Shown: positions 34,073 through 45,329 of the stretch, in pieces
Layout: every line of letters begins with the position of its first letter
How positions within the stretch are numbered: the stretch's first letter is position 1
NCBI RefSeq assembly: GCF_000372725.1
Contig: NW_005201165.1
Location: 250,853-314,852 of the forward strand
Length of the DNA: 64,000 bases
Direction of reading: 5' to 3'
DNA from: Emiliania huxleyi CCMP1516
Lineage: Eukaryota
Program-made: the position numbers and the translations under genes
The notes under the pieces: generated by a model
Told to the model about the DNA's origin: nothing
The model's input: only the letters and a program-made list of their open reading frames with translations
Database searches by the model: none

Positions 34073-37000
34073 ATGATCCTCGCCGCCATCTTCCCTCCGG
34101 CATCGTCAATCTCGGCGTCGCCGCTCGCGTTTGAGCTCTACCCGTACGAGCCGGCGGCCGATCCAGCGGCTGCTGTCGTCGTCGGAAAAGCCCGTTTCAC
34201 GGTCCTGACGCCGAGGCTGCTGCGGCTCGAATACTCTGAGACTGGAACCTTTGAGGACCGCCCGACGTTGGCCTTTGTGAACCGCAAGCAACCCGTCCCC
34301 GAGTTCACCTGGAGCGCCGTGGCGGGCACGCTCACCACCGCCGCTCTGCGCCTCCACTACGCGGGCGGCGCCTTTTCGGCACAATCGCTGTGGGTGACGC
34401 CTGCGCCCGGTGCGAAGCGGACCGCGTTCGCTGGATGGAGATTCGGCATGACGTCCGACGCCGACCCAGGCAACCTGCGAGGCACGATCCGCACGCTCGA
34501 CCGAACGGCCAACATCTCGCTCGATTGCAACCATCTCACGAGCGATCGGCACTGCGCTTGGGGTGTGGTGTCTCAGAGTGGCTGGTCGCTGGTGAACGAG
34601 ACGGGCGTGCCGTGCCTCGGGGCGGACGACTGGTGGGCCGACGCCGAGGGCTCGATGCTACGCAACATCGACACGCACGACCTCTACCTCTTTGCCCACG
34701 GGCACGACTACCCCGCAGCCCTTCATGACCTGCAGGCCGTGGGCGGAAAGGTGCCGCCCCTCTCCCCGCCGCAGCCTCGGCGCCAGTTATTCGCTGAATG
34801 AAGTCATCGAATCGCTTGTCAACAGGTGCCGCTCCTGCCCCGCCGCAACCTCGGCGTCTGGTTCACGCGCTGGTACGACTACGACGCGGCGGACGTGCGT
34901 CGCCTCGTGGGCGAGTTCGAGCGGCGCGCGCTGCCGCTCGACGTCCTGGTCCTCGACATGAACTGGCACACAAAGGACGCCTGGACGGGCTACAGCTTCG
35001 ACAAGACCCTCTTCCCCGACCCGGCCGAGGCGCTCGGCTGGCTCCGCTCCAAGGGCCTCGCCGTCGCCGCCAACCTCCATGACGCAGAAGGCGCCGCCGT
35101 CGCCGAGGGGAGGAGCGGCCCGCGGCCGCCCACTGCTCGCATGGATGATCCACCGGTCACCGCCGGGTAGGCATCAACCCGTGGGAGGAGCGGCACGCCG
35201 CCGCCGCCGCGGCGATGGGCCAGCCCAACGCGAGCGGCCAGCTGGCCCTCCGCCTGACGAGCAAGGAGTACGTCTTTGCGCTCGAGGACGTGGTGCTGCG
35301 CCCGCGCGAGGAGGAGGGGATGCGCTTCTGGTGGATCGACTGGCAGCAGGGAGAGACGCAGGGCGGGACGGGCCAGGACCACCGCCCCGACGGAAAGATG
35401 AACCCGACCGTCTGGACCGCAAAGGCGAGAGTCACCGACTCGCTCCGGCGATGCCGCACGGGCGGCGGCTGCTCCGACCTGCGCGGCGTCACTCTGTCTC
35501 GCTGGGGCGGGCTGGGCCAGCACCGCTACCAGCACGGCTTCTCGGGCGACGTGGCCGGGCTCACGTGGGCCAACCTCGCCTACCAGGTCTCCTCTAGACC
35601 TGCCCTCGCCCTAGTCCCGCCCGATCCCGCCCGATCTCGACGGGTCTCACCCGCCTCGCCGTCCCCGCCTCCCAGGCGTACTTCTCGGCCACCGCCTCCA
35701 ACGTCAACTTTGGGTTCTGGTCGCACGACCTCGTCGGACCCGGATCGGACCCCGAGATGTACGTGCGCTGGCTGCAGCTCGGAAGCCTGTCGGGCATCAT
35801 GCGGATGCACGACCGCGGCCTCTCGGCCGGAGGATGCATGCCGTGGCCAGACTCCGACAGCGCGTGCTCGACTGTCGAGCCTTGGGACGTGCCGCGCGCA
35901 TTCTACGAGGCGGCCGCGAGCGCGCTCCGGTCGCGTGCGAGTATGCTGCCCTACATCTACACGCAGGCGCGCGCGGCGTTCGACTCGGGGCTCGGCCTCA
36001 CGCGGCCGATGTACTACTACCACCCCGAGGAGCAGGGCGCCTACCCGTCCAGCAAGGTGGTCTCGGCTCCCCTCGGCTCCTCTCGGGCTCCTCTCGGGCT
36101 CCTCTCGGGCTCCTCTCGGCTCCTCTCGGGGGCTCCTCTCGGCCCCTCTCGGGCTCCTCTCGGGGGCTCCTCTCGGCCCCTCTCGGCTCCTCTCGGCTCC
36201 TCTCGGCTCCTCTCGGCTCCTCTCGGCTCCTCTCGGCTCCTCTCGGGCTCCTCTCGGGCTCCTCTCGGGCTCGTCTCGGCTCGTCTCGGCTCGTCTCGGC
36301 TCGTCTCGAATCCCGGCTGCTCTCGCCGCCAGGAGGAGTTGCTCGGCCAAGTCCCGAGCACACGGCAGTACTACTTTGGACGCGACCTCCTAGTCGCGCC
36401 CGTGACGGCGGGAGGCGAGTGCGTGCGCGCGAATGCGACGCGCCCAGCCGCGACCGCCGCCGGCGGCGGCGGCAGCTGCGGCGGCGGGGCGGCGGCGGCA
36501 CCGCCGCCCGACGCGCCGTGCGGTCTGGCGCGCACAGAGGTGTGGCTGCCTCCAGGCGTGTGGTACGAGGTGCACACGGGGTCTCTCCTGAAGAGGGCAG
36601 CGCCCCAGACCACCACGCTGGGCGTGCACCTGCTGGACGTGCCCACCTATGCCGTCGGCGGCTCGGTGGTGCCGCGCAGGCCGCTCTTCTCCTCCACGGG
36701 CGAGGTCGCCGTCTCGCCCGGTCTCGCGGGCGAGGCGTACGCTGCCGTCGAGTGGACCCTCTACCCGGGTGCGGCGGCGGGCTCGGGCAGCATGTACGAA
36801 GACGACGGCGAGACCTACGCGTACTTGCGTGGCGACTCGGCGACGAGTACGCTCGTATTCGCGATGGGCGGCGGGACGAGCCCCACTCTCGACGTCAACA
36901 TCACCGTCGCCGTCTCGGCAGGAGGGGCCGCCGCCCTGCCTCGGACGCGCACGCACTCGCTCCGGCTCCCGAACACGCCGCCGCCGACGCGCGTCCTCTT

Positions 37001-37481
37001 CAACGGGGCGCCGCTCGGGAAGTCGCGCTTCGGCGGCCCGGCCTCGTGGCACTACGACGGCGACGACGTGGCGGTGGTCGTCACCCTGCCCCCCTCCCGC
37101 ACCACCGACCCCGCCCGGGTGGTCGCCACGTTCGAGCCCCACCCGCCGGCCGGCCTGGACGGGCTCAAAGGGCTGCTCGCCGCCTCCCGGCGCGCAAAGG
37201 CCGCGCTCAACCTCCGCAGGATGGCGCCGGGCGAGCACTCATCCCACCTCGACCCGCTCGGCGCGCCCCTCGCCTACGTCGCAAGCGCGCCCGACTTGCT
37301 GGCGAGCGCGGCTGGCTCGCCCGCCTTTGCAGCCACGGTGGCAAAGGCGCGGCTGCGGTACGCGGCCGCAGCGAAGGAGATCGGAAACCTCGCGGCAAAC
37401 GTGACCAAGGACGCCGACAAGTTGCGGGCCATGTATGCCAGCGAAATCCTCGAGGCGGCGCGGGTGGCATATAGTGGGTAG
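34073..37481 (+). CDS. Glycoside hydrolase family 31 (alpha-glucosidase-like), 5 exons
   Basis: ARFTVLTPRLLRLEYS..G.FEDRPT, LPLDVLVLDMNWH, WTGYSFD..LFPDP, nucleophile motif FWWIDWQQG, GFSGD, WSHD and YEDDG. Four introns restore the frame. Confidence 0.9.
36062..36308. repeat. Intronic 10-11-bp minisatellite (CTCCTCTCGG[G])n
   Basis: Tandem array inside GH31 intron ~36057-36333. Confidence 0.85.
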
Positions 37482-37731
37482 TTGCCGTTTCCGGTGTTAG
37501 AGAGGTGTTAGAGCCGTACTCTGTACACTGACAGAGCTCACGCGCCCCTGGAGTGTGGAGACGACACACCGCGGCGGAGGCCGGAGCGGATTTGTGCCAT
37601 ACTGCCATTTGTCATTTGAGGAGATGCAGTAACCAGTATGCAGATGTGGTCTCTGAAAGAAATATTCGACTCTCACAAGCAAAAGCGAGAGACTCCACAC
37701 GCAGCGCACCCTCACCTGTCCGTGTATTCTC

Positions 37732-39328
37732 TCAGGTGCGGGTCGAATTGCAGCAGCGCATTTCGCCGGTCGCCTGCGCGGGAGGCGCAGGAGGTTGGGG
37801 GGTGATGGTGACGATGAGGGAGGACGCGATGGCGGTGGCGGTGGCACGGGCCGCGCCTGTCTTTGCGTTGCGCAGCTCCTGCTCGGCGGTGAGCGGCACC
37901 TGCCACGGGCTGGGATACTGAGCACGCTCAGATGATCCGAACATCCATGCTGGGCGCGGCACCTCGGTGCCCGAGTAGCCGATCGCCCGGTTCTTGTGCA
38001 TCTCGGCCACGTCAGCAACCTCGAGCAGTGGAAGCACGCTGCCCGCCGCATCGACCGCACCGGCCGCCTCCTCGGCGCTGCCTGTCCCGCGCGCCGTCGC
38101 CGCAAGCAGCGCCTCGGCCTCCACCTCCCACGCGAGCTCCTCGCCGCTCTCGCGCGCCTGTCCACTCCGGGCGTGCCTCGCCGTCAGGAGACGCCGCAGC
38201 AGCGCCCCCCTCCCTCCCTCCCTCCCCCCCCCCCTCTCGCTAAGCGCGCCTCCGCCCACGCCGGCGCCTCCTCGAGTCCGGGCGGCGCGCCGAGCAGCGT
38301 GCGTGCGGTGCCGGCTGCCGCGCGCCACGCCTGTGACGCGGGGTGCGGGAGCCCCTCCTGAAGACGAGTCTGGCGGACTGCAGGGTGGACTGCGTGGGTG
38401 TCGTGTGTGTGCGCGCCACGCCTTGAGCGCGATCTGCGGCTCGCCGCCCACAGTCAGGTGCACCTCCTGCGGCGCTCTCCCCGCGAGGAGGAGCTGCACG
38501 AGCGCCTGGTGCAGGCGGGGCGGTGGGGGAGGGAGGCGCGAGGGAGTGGAGAGAGCGGGCAAGGAGCGGGTGTGGTGCGAGGGAGTGCAACGAGGGAGTG
38601 CGGCGAGGGAGTGTGCCGCCGCGCCTCGAGCCCGAGGGCGGTGGCGGTGGTCGGGCGCCACCCCTTGACGCCCGCGCCGAGGAGAGGGGCCGCGACGCTG
38701 GCGGCGCCGAGGGCGGCGGCGGTGCCGAGCGCCGAGTGCCACGCCCCGAAGAGCAGCTGGTCGGGCGGCGAGAATTGCAGCCACGACGGGTGCCTGCCGA
38801 GGTTGGCGGCCGGCGAGTCCTGGTGGACGTTTGAGACCTCCTCGTCGCGGAGCGCGCCCGTGTACAGTCCCTCGTACCCAAACTCGGAGTCGGGCGCGAC
38901 GGCGTGGACCAGGTGAGCCGCGTCCAAGTCACCGGGCGCAGACGTGACTACAGACCTCCCCGTGGGGCAGCGGACGGGCGCCGAATTGCCCTCCTTGACG
39001 CCGGACGTCCAGCGCGTGATGTCGCGCCGGACGCGTCGCACCTCCTCCTTTGGAAGCGTCGGAAGCGCGAGGCACTCGGCCTCGAGCGCCGGGCCTGCTG
39101 CACTGCGGATGGCGCCGTCCACCGACCGCCTGTTGATGAACCGCCAGTACCTGCTCACACGCTGACAGGTTCGACACGGGCCTCTCACGGCGCACAGAGA
39201 GGGTTGCGATGGCAGTACATGGGCTGCTCATTGCCGACCAGCGAGTCATTTGCCGGCGTGATTAGCACTGGTGCGGCCGAGCGCTCGAGCGACCCGCGCC
39301 GGAAGCGAATGATGCAGCTCCTCCTCAT
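37732..39328 (-). CDS. Macrodomain (ADP-ribose-binding/Appr-1-p) protein, multi-exon
   Basis: GSLE.SAAPVLITPANDSL, SVDGAIRSAAGPALEAEC, CPTGRSVVT, AAHLVHAVAP and SVAAPLLGAGVKG. 3' exon structure uncertain. Confidence 0.75.
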
Positions 39329-39512
39329 GTGTGTGTGAGAGAGAGGGCCAGGTCAGGTGCACGGGGCCAGGGCGAACTGGCACGGGCGTAGCAATGGGTA
39401 GTTGGCCCAGCGAATCCGCGCCGAAGAATTTAATATTGCGAAAAAAATCAAAGCCGCGCTCCCAAGTGATGGAGAAATGAAGCAAAGCATGCGCATCACA
39501 CACACGTCACCG

Positions 39513-42500
39513 TCACCGTAGGTACTGCGGCAGCAAGCGCGCCTCGAGCTGCCCGAGCAGGTCGTGTATGACGCGCTGGTGCTCCGCGTCGCCAATCAGG
39601 TTCACAGACTCCTTTGGATCGGACGCGAGCTCATAAAACTCGCACGCTGTGGCGGTTCCCCCACGCTCGTAGCCCTCGTGGGACTCGGAGGCGGCGGCGG
39701 AGGCGGCGGCGGCGGAGCCGTTGGCGAGCGCGCCTCTTCTGTACGGACAGAGGAGCTTGCTCGTGCCCTGGCGGAGCATGTGTTTGGCCGGCACGCCATC
39801 CAGGTTACCCTTATTGTGGTAGTCGAGCGCGTAGACCGCCTCCCTCGACGGCGCCCTGCCGCCACCCACGAGGTGCTGAGCAAAGCTGATGCTATCGGGA
39901 GCCTGCCCCGGAGGCGGCTTCACGCCGACCAGATCGCAGAGAGTGGCAAACAGGTCGGTGATGCTCACCAATCCCGTGTGGACGCCACCCTTGAGCACGC
40001 CGCCCCCGTCCCAGCGCACGATCATCGGGACGGCGTGCCCGCCCTCGTAGAGGCTTCCTTTCGTGCCGCGCAGGCCGTTGCTCGTGTCGTGGCCAACAGG
40101 CGCCGAGACTGGCAGGCCGCCATTGTCGCTCGCAAAGACGACGATGGTGCTGCGGAGGAGGTGCCTGGCGTCCAGCGCCTCCACGAGGCCCTTCACCTGC
40201 AGGTCGAGCTCGTGCACCATGTCGAGGTGCGCTGATACGGTCTTCCCGGCGACGGGCTCGCCGCGGAAGGCGAGCGGCGGGGAGTGGGGCGTATGGGCGG
40301 CCTGCGAGCAAAAGTGGATGAAGAAGGGGTCGAGGGGCCGGTCCGCGAGGTGGCGATCGAGGAAGGCCTCCGTCTTGCCGAGGAGCCAGAGCCCATAGTT
40401 GTTGCTCTCCCAGCCGGGCATCGCCACGCCCCAGAATGCGATTCGGCCCTCCGGCGTGCCAATCAGGCTCACGCCATTCGAGTTGGGCACCTCGGTATAG
40501 TTGTGGTACTCGACGACGCCCCTCGGATCGCCCACCAAGATGTCGTCCTCGAACATGGCGTACGGGGCCGTCTGGATCCCGCCGAGAGACATGTAGGAGT
40601 GCTCGAACCCGAGCTCTCTGGCTGCATTGCGCAGCGGGCTGGTGAAATCGTACTCCTCGTCGTTTCGCAGCAGGTCCCACCGGCTGTAAAGCCACCGATT
40701 CGACGCGTGCTCCGGCTTCATGCAGACGCTGCTGCTGCCGCCGTGCTCCGGCCGGAGCGGCCACCCGCCGCCCAAGTGCCACTTGCCTACTTAGCACCGC
40801 TCACAAGCTCAGAGTGTGGCAGCGTGACCCAGGGACGGGTATCCGCGGCAGCCGCCAAAGAAGGCGGTGTCGAAGTTGGCCGCCCGCAGCACTTGGGCTA
40901 GCGACGCCTGCCCGTCGAGGAACTGGTTGCTGCAGTCCGGCTCCGGCTCGTACGTACCGACGGGATGCCTTCCTCTCTGCGGGTACCTGCCCGATAGGAT
41001 GCTGTAGCGGGACGGTCCGCACCAGGGCGTCGCGTGCGTGTCCGTCAGAGTCATCCCCTCGGAGGCGAGCAGCGTGTCGATGTGCGGCGTCTGCACCTTG
41101 CTGCGTGGGTTGTAGCTCGACACGTCCCCAACGCCGATGTCGTCGCCTAGGATGACCAATATACTCGGTGGCGGGGATGGTGGAGGCGACGGAGACGGCG
41201 GTATCGAAGGAAGCGACGGCGACGACGGCGTCCGCACGTGAGAGGTAAAACCCGCCGGCGCTGATGGTGGCAGCGGTAGCTTTGAGTCGGACGGCAGCGG
41301 TAGCTTTGAGTCTGAGATAAGAGGATCCAGTTCGGGTAAGTCATAGAAGCGGATGTAGTCAACCAGCATCTCGCTGGGTAGGTCACTGTTATTGATCGGC
41401 CCGCCCGCCCACAAGGGGTCTCTCAGGGTGTACTCCAGGATCACCCTCGCATCCAGGTTGCTCGGCACGTCGCGCTGCCACTCGAGGTGCGACGCGTTGC
41501 AGTGGCCGCCGTACCTCTCGCAGTTGTGGTTGCCCCTGGCCCGCACCGTGCCACCCGAAAAGGTCCTGTACGGCAAGCTCCTCCAGGCTGGCCCGTCCTG
41601 CGCTAGAAACCATTCGATTTTGCCCGCAGACACCTTGAGTCCCACCGTGAGGAACTCGTAGTAGTCGACCGAGCCGCCCTGAAAGTGGGCCGAGTGTCCT
41701 GGAAAGTGCCCCCTATATTCCTGCTGGGTCACAAATATGTGATCCTCAGCCCGCGCCCGGTAGCCGAGAAGATCTTCGGGCTGCTCGTCCCGCTCGAAAT
41801 CGTGCCACCAAATCCCGCTGTAGAACTTGGTCTGTTCTCGGTTGGCGTGGAACTCGAAGATGTCAATCTCGAATAGGTCAGCCGGCGTTCCGAAGGGGTT
41901 GTTGGGCATCGCCCACAAGGCGCAGAATCCACCGGCATTGTCGGGCAGTTTGAGTCGCACCTCAAGGTACATGTTGTTTCTCAGCGGGTAGCCGAGGCTG
42001 GTGTGCACCGCGCCTGAGGAGTAGTGGAAGTCGACGCTGTCGAGGCGTGGCTCGCTGGGCCCAGCGAGCGGCGGCGCCTCCTGCTTCGCTGTCATCACGA
42101 GCTTACCATCGCGCACGCTGAGGTTCTCGCGACGAAACGCGGCGCTGACACCATTGTTAAGAGTGTTGTCCTTGTTGACTCCGATGCCAAACATGTCTTG
42201 GTCGTAAGTGTCGCCGTCAAACTCATCCCCGTATGCATACGTGGAGCCCGGAGGGCCTGCACCAAGCCACGGCTCGGGCCGCGACGGCCGATACGGCGGC
42301 GGTGGCGGCGGCGGCGGCGGTGGCGGCGGCGGCGGCGGTGGTGGCGGCGGCGGCGGCGGTGGCTCTTCTTCCTCCTCCCCTCCAGAGAGCGGTGGCGGTG
42401 GCGGTGGCGGTGGCGGTGGCGGTGCTGGCGGGCATGTGATGCCCGAATCGTCTCCGTCGAACAGCAGGCTTGGCTGGAGGCAGGGACGCACGGCATCGAA

Positions 42501-42560
42501 AAGCTTGCCTGGCCTCTTGGTTGTTGCAAAGCCCAAGCAGAAGATCAATGGCAGGTGCAT
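39513..42560 (-). CDS. Secreted GH16 glycoside hydrolase - formylglycine-dependent sulfatase (S1) fusion, ~992 aa, 2 exons
   Basis: Signal-like MHLPLIFCLGFA, poly-Pro, then GH16 (DEFDG...ENLSVRDGKL, YLEVRLKL, EIDIFE, MLVDYIRFY). After a Pro linker comes the sulfatase (ILVILGDDIG, CGPSRYSILSGRYP, G|KWHLG, HTPH, SDNG, RGTKGSLYEGG, DPKE). A 69-bp GC-AG intron at 40787-40855 gives 2979 nt, in frame. Confidence 0.88.
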
Positions 42561-42632
42561 GCGAGTCGCCGTAGTCGCGCGTCCTCTTGCGCGTCAACTT
42601 TGAGTGTTGCAACACGCCAAGTTTGTGGGACA

Positions 42633-43814
42633 ATGGTGCGTGCGTCCATGCCAGCGCATTCGGCTGCCAGAACCAGGAGCGCGCCGCCCACGCTGCACAT
42701 CTTGACTCTCGCGACCCCTCCGGCGGCGCCGATGTTTGCCTGCTGGACCAACTGGCTCGTGCGCATGTTGCGCAGCTCCAGCGCCGCCTTCGGCACGTAC
42801 CAGGCGAGCGGCACTTCCGAAGAATACTTATCGTCCCACCAGCCACGCACACGACCGCCCCACCTGCGCCTCACACAAGATCGCTATGTCTCCAACTTGA
42901 CTCTCTCACCGCCACACCCACAAACCCATGCCCACGACGAGACACGTTGGTGACACGTCCTCGTCCACGGTTTGTTGGCAGCTGCATGTTGAATGGTACC
43001 AGCCGCCAGGCAAGGCGCGCCAGGGCGGCCGCGGGGACCAGGGTTCGCCCGAGTGGAAGGACGCGGTGGCAGCAAAGGTCCGCTTCGTGCGCGACTTCCT
43101 CGCCTCCCACCCGGAGAATGTCACCGCCCTCTTCACAGACCTGGATGTGGTGCCTCTCCGGCCGCTTGGGGTGCTGCGGCAGTACGTCCGCTCGGGGGTG
43201 AGCCTCTTCGGGCCCGCCCTGCCAGTGGGCCCGCCCTGCGCCCGTTCGTTTTGCGCACCAAAGCCCCCCCCCCCCCCCCCGCTTCGGCGCAGGTGGAGCT
43301 CATGTGGATGCGCGAGCCAGGGAACGTGCCCGCAAACACTGGCTTCTACTTGATGCGCAACACGCCCCCGGTGCGCGCCTTTTTTCGGGAGTGGGCGGCG
43401 CAGTTCCGGCCCGGCGCCAACGACCAGGTGGTTGCAAACTACATTCTGTACCGCGTCGGTGGGGGCGACGTCGAGGTCGCGCGATCGAAGAGAGGAGGAT
43501 GGGGCGTCACCCCGCGCCTCTCGAGGTCGCTCCGAGACGCCGCGGCGATCCCCAACATCCCCCTGCGCTGGGGCCTCTTCTCGCGCTCTGCCGTCGCCGG
43601 CAGGCCGTGGCACGTCACCAACACGACCATCGCCTACCACGCCGTCAACGCGACCGACCATATCGGCAAGATTGCCAAGGTGAACCAGGCGCTCGCCGCG
43701 CTGCGCAGGCTCAAGCCGAGGCGGAGGGCGTGGCAGGTGGAGTGCCCGAGCGCGGAGGCGGGGGCTGGGGGGAGCCAGGTCGAGGCTGGGGGGAGCCGGC
43801 GGGGTCGTGCTTAG
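42633..43814 (+). CDS. Nucleotide-diphospho-sugar transferase (GT77-like glycosyltransferase), 3 exons
   Basis: Exons 42633-42803, 42982-43197 and 43293-43814. Motifs W..AV..KV.FV, LFTDLDVV (DxD), ANTGFYLMR, NDQVVAN and YHAVN. Confidence 0.7.
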
Positions 43815-43910
43815 CCTTAGTACGAGGAATCTGCTGCGCCGGCCCGCGAAATCTTTTATTCGCCTGTGTAGTGGGCCAGTTCGCCAGTGCGCGCCAGTCC
43901 CGTGCCTCGT

Positions 43911-43966
43911 AAAAGAAAGAAGACACACAAACCAAAGGAGGGATGGGAGGACGGCACGGGCGCCGG
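43911..43966 (-). mobile_element. Short 3' fragment of retroelement family A inserted in the dispersed CCAGTCCCGTGCC repeat
   Basis: AAAAGAAAGAAG...GGAGGGATGGGAGGACGGCACG lies between GCGCCAGTCCCGTGCCTCGT and CAAAATTCTTTTCT. Confidence 0.7.
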
Positions 43967-44179
43967 CAAAATTCTTTTCTTTTCGGTGTACCTTTCTTCG
44001 GTGTACCTGTGAGCTGTGTTAGTGCCTGCGCGCCTTTTTTCTCTTTGTACTTTGAGTTTGTTTTGTTTGTTTAAAACAAACCGTCCCGTGCCTAGTGCAA
44101 AAGAAAGGTAGAAAGATTCTACTAGTATCGTGCGAGGGAGTATTTAAGAAAACTTTCAAAATTCTTTTCTTCTGTTAGT

Positions 44180-44400
44180 AATAAAATAAATAAATAAAAC
44201 GGGCACGCCAAACGAGGGGTGGGAGAAGGACAGGGTCCCCACCTGCACGAGCAGGATCTTGTAAGGACGATCAGGGACACAGGGGAACGGGAGCGGGGAG
44301 CGCATCGCGACACGGAGGGGGGCTGGGCAGGGTTCACCCACACGACAGGGTCCCAGGGATTCCTCTCTCGTATAGGACAGGTTGCACCCGGCGGCACGGG
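44180..44400 (-). mobile_element. Retroposon fragment, family B, (TTTA)n tail
   Basis: Homologous to 14970-15065. The AATAAAATAAATAAATAAAAC tail begins immediately after TGTTAGT. Confidence 0.65.
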
Positions 44401-44454
44401 GGCAGGCGCGGGCCTCCTACTGGTTAATTCTTCTCTTCGCTGCTTGCTCGCGCG

Positions 44455-44980
44455 ATGGTCCGCGCTCGCGGCCAGCGGCTCGCCTCCATCCAGCTCAAAG
44501 GCTGGATAAAGCAAGTGATCGAAGCTGCCTGCGACGACGTCCAAAAGTCAACGACTTCCATCGGCCTGCGCACGTCGGGCACCGTTCGCCTCCCGACGGA
44601 GCGCGAGCGCTGGTCGGTGCTGCGCTCGCCCTTTGTGCACAAGGGCGCCATCGACCAGGCGCGGCACGCGCACCCGCGCACCCACAGATCAAGCCCATCG
44701 CCGCTCCCGCGCGCCTTCGCTCCGCTCTCACCGCCCGCCTCCACCGCGGCAGTACGCGCGGCTCACATACAACCGGCTCATCGAGATCTACGGGGAGGGG
44801 ACGCAGTCACACGACGCCACCAAGACGGTGCACTTCCTCCGCTACCTCGAGCACACCATCCTCCCGGCGCACGCCGGCGCGCGAGCAAAAGTCACGCTCT
44901 TCTCGAACGAGGTTCGTGCGGCCGCACCATCCAGCTCCAGCGCGGCTACCTCACACTCCTCTAGCAGCGGGCAGTCATGA
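44455..44980 (+). CDS. Ribosomal protein uS10, organellar (probably mitochondrial) type
   Basis: IQLKG, GTVRLPTERERWSVLRSPFVHK..IDQ|Y..LTYNRLIEI. GC-AG intron ~44659-44752; 3' end uncertain. Confidence 0.8.
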
Positions 44981-45329
44981 CACCTTGTCGTGTGTGATAT
45001 GAATAATAATAACAAACTAAGACAGAGAGGCGGCGTGTGCGGCCGTGTGTGCTAGAATACATCGCCCACCCATCCCATACACCCCCCTGCTCTCTCTCTC
45101 TCAAACTCTCCATGCGAGTACTCCACGAGACCGCCGACAGAGAGCGTGTGCGCAGCGGGCCCGGGTTAAGTACGAGGCGTTGGCACGATGCCGGCGACGA
45201 GCCTATGCCGCCGGCCCAACGCCTCCGCGGAGGAGCGCAGAGAGCGGCGGCGCGGCGGGCGGGCGGCCAGGGCGCGCGCCCAGCTCTCTGCGGGTGGAAG
45301 GCGGGCGGGCTGCGGGCGCGCCGCCGCCC

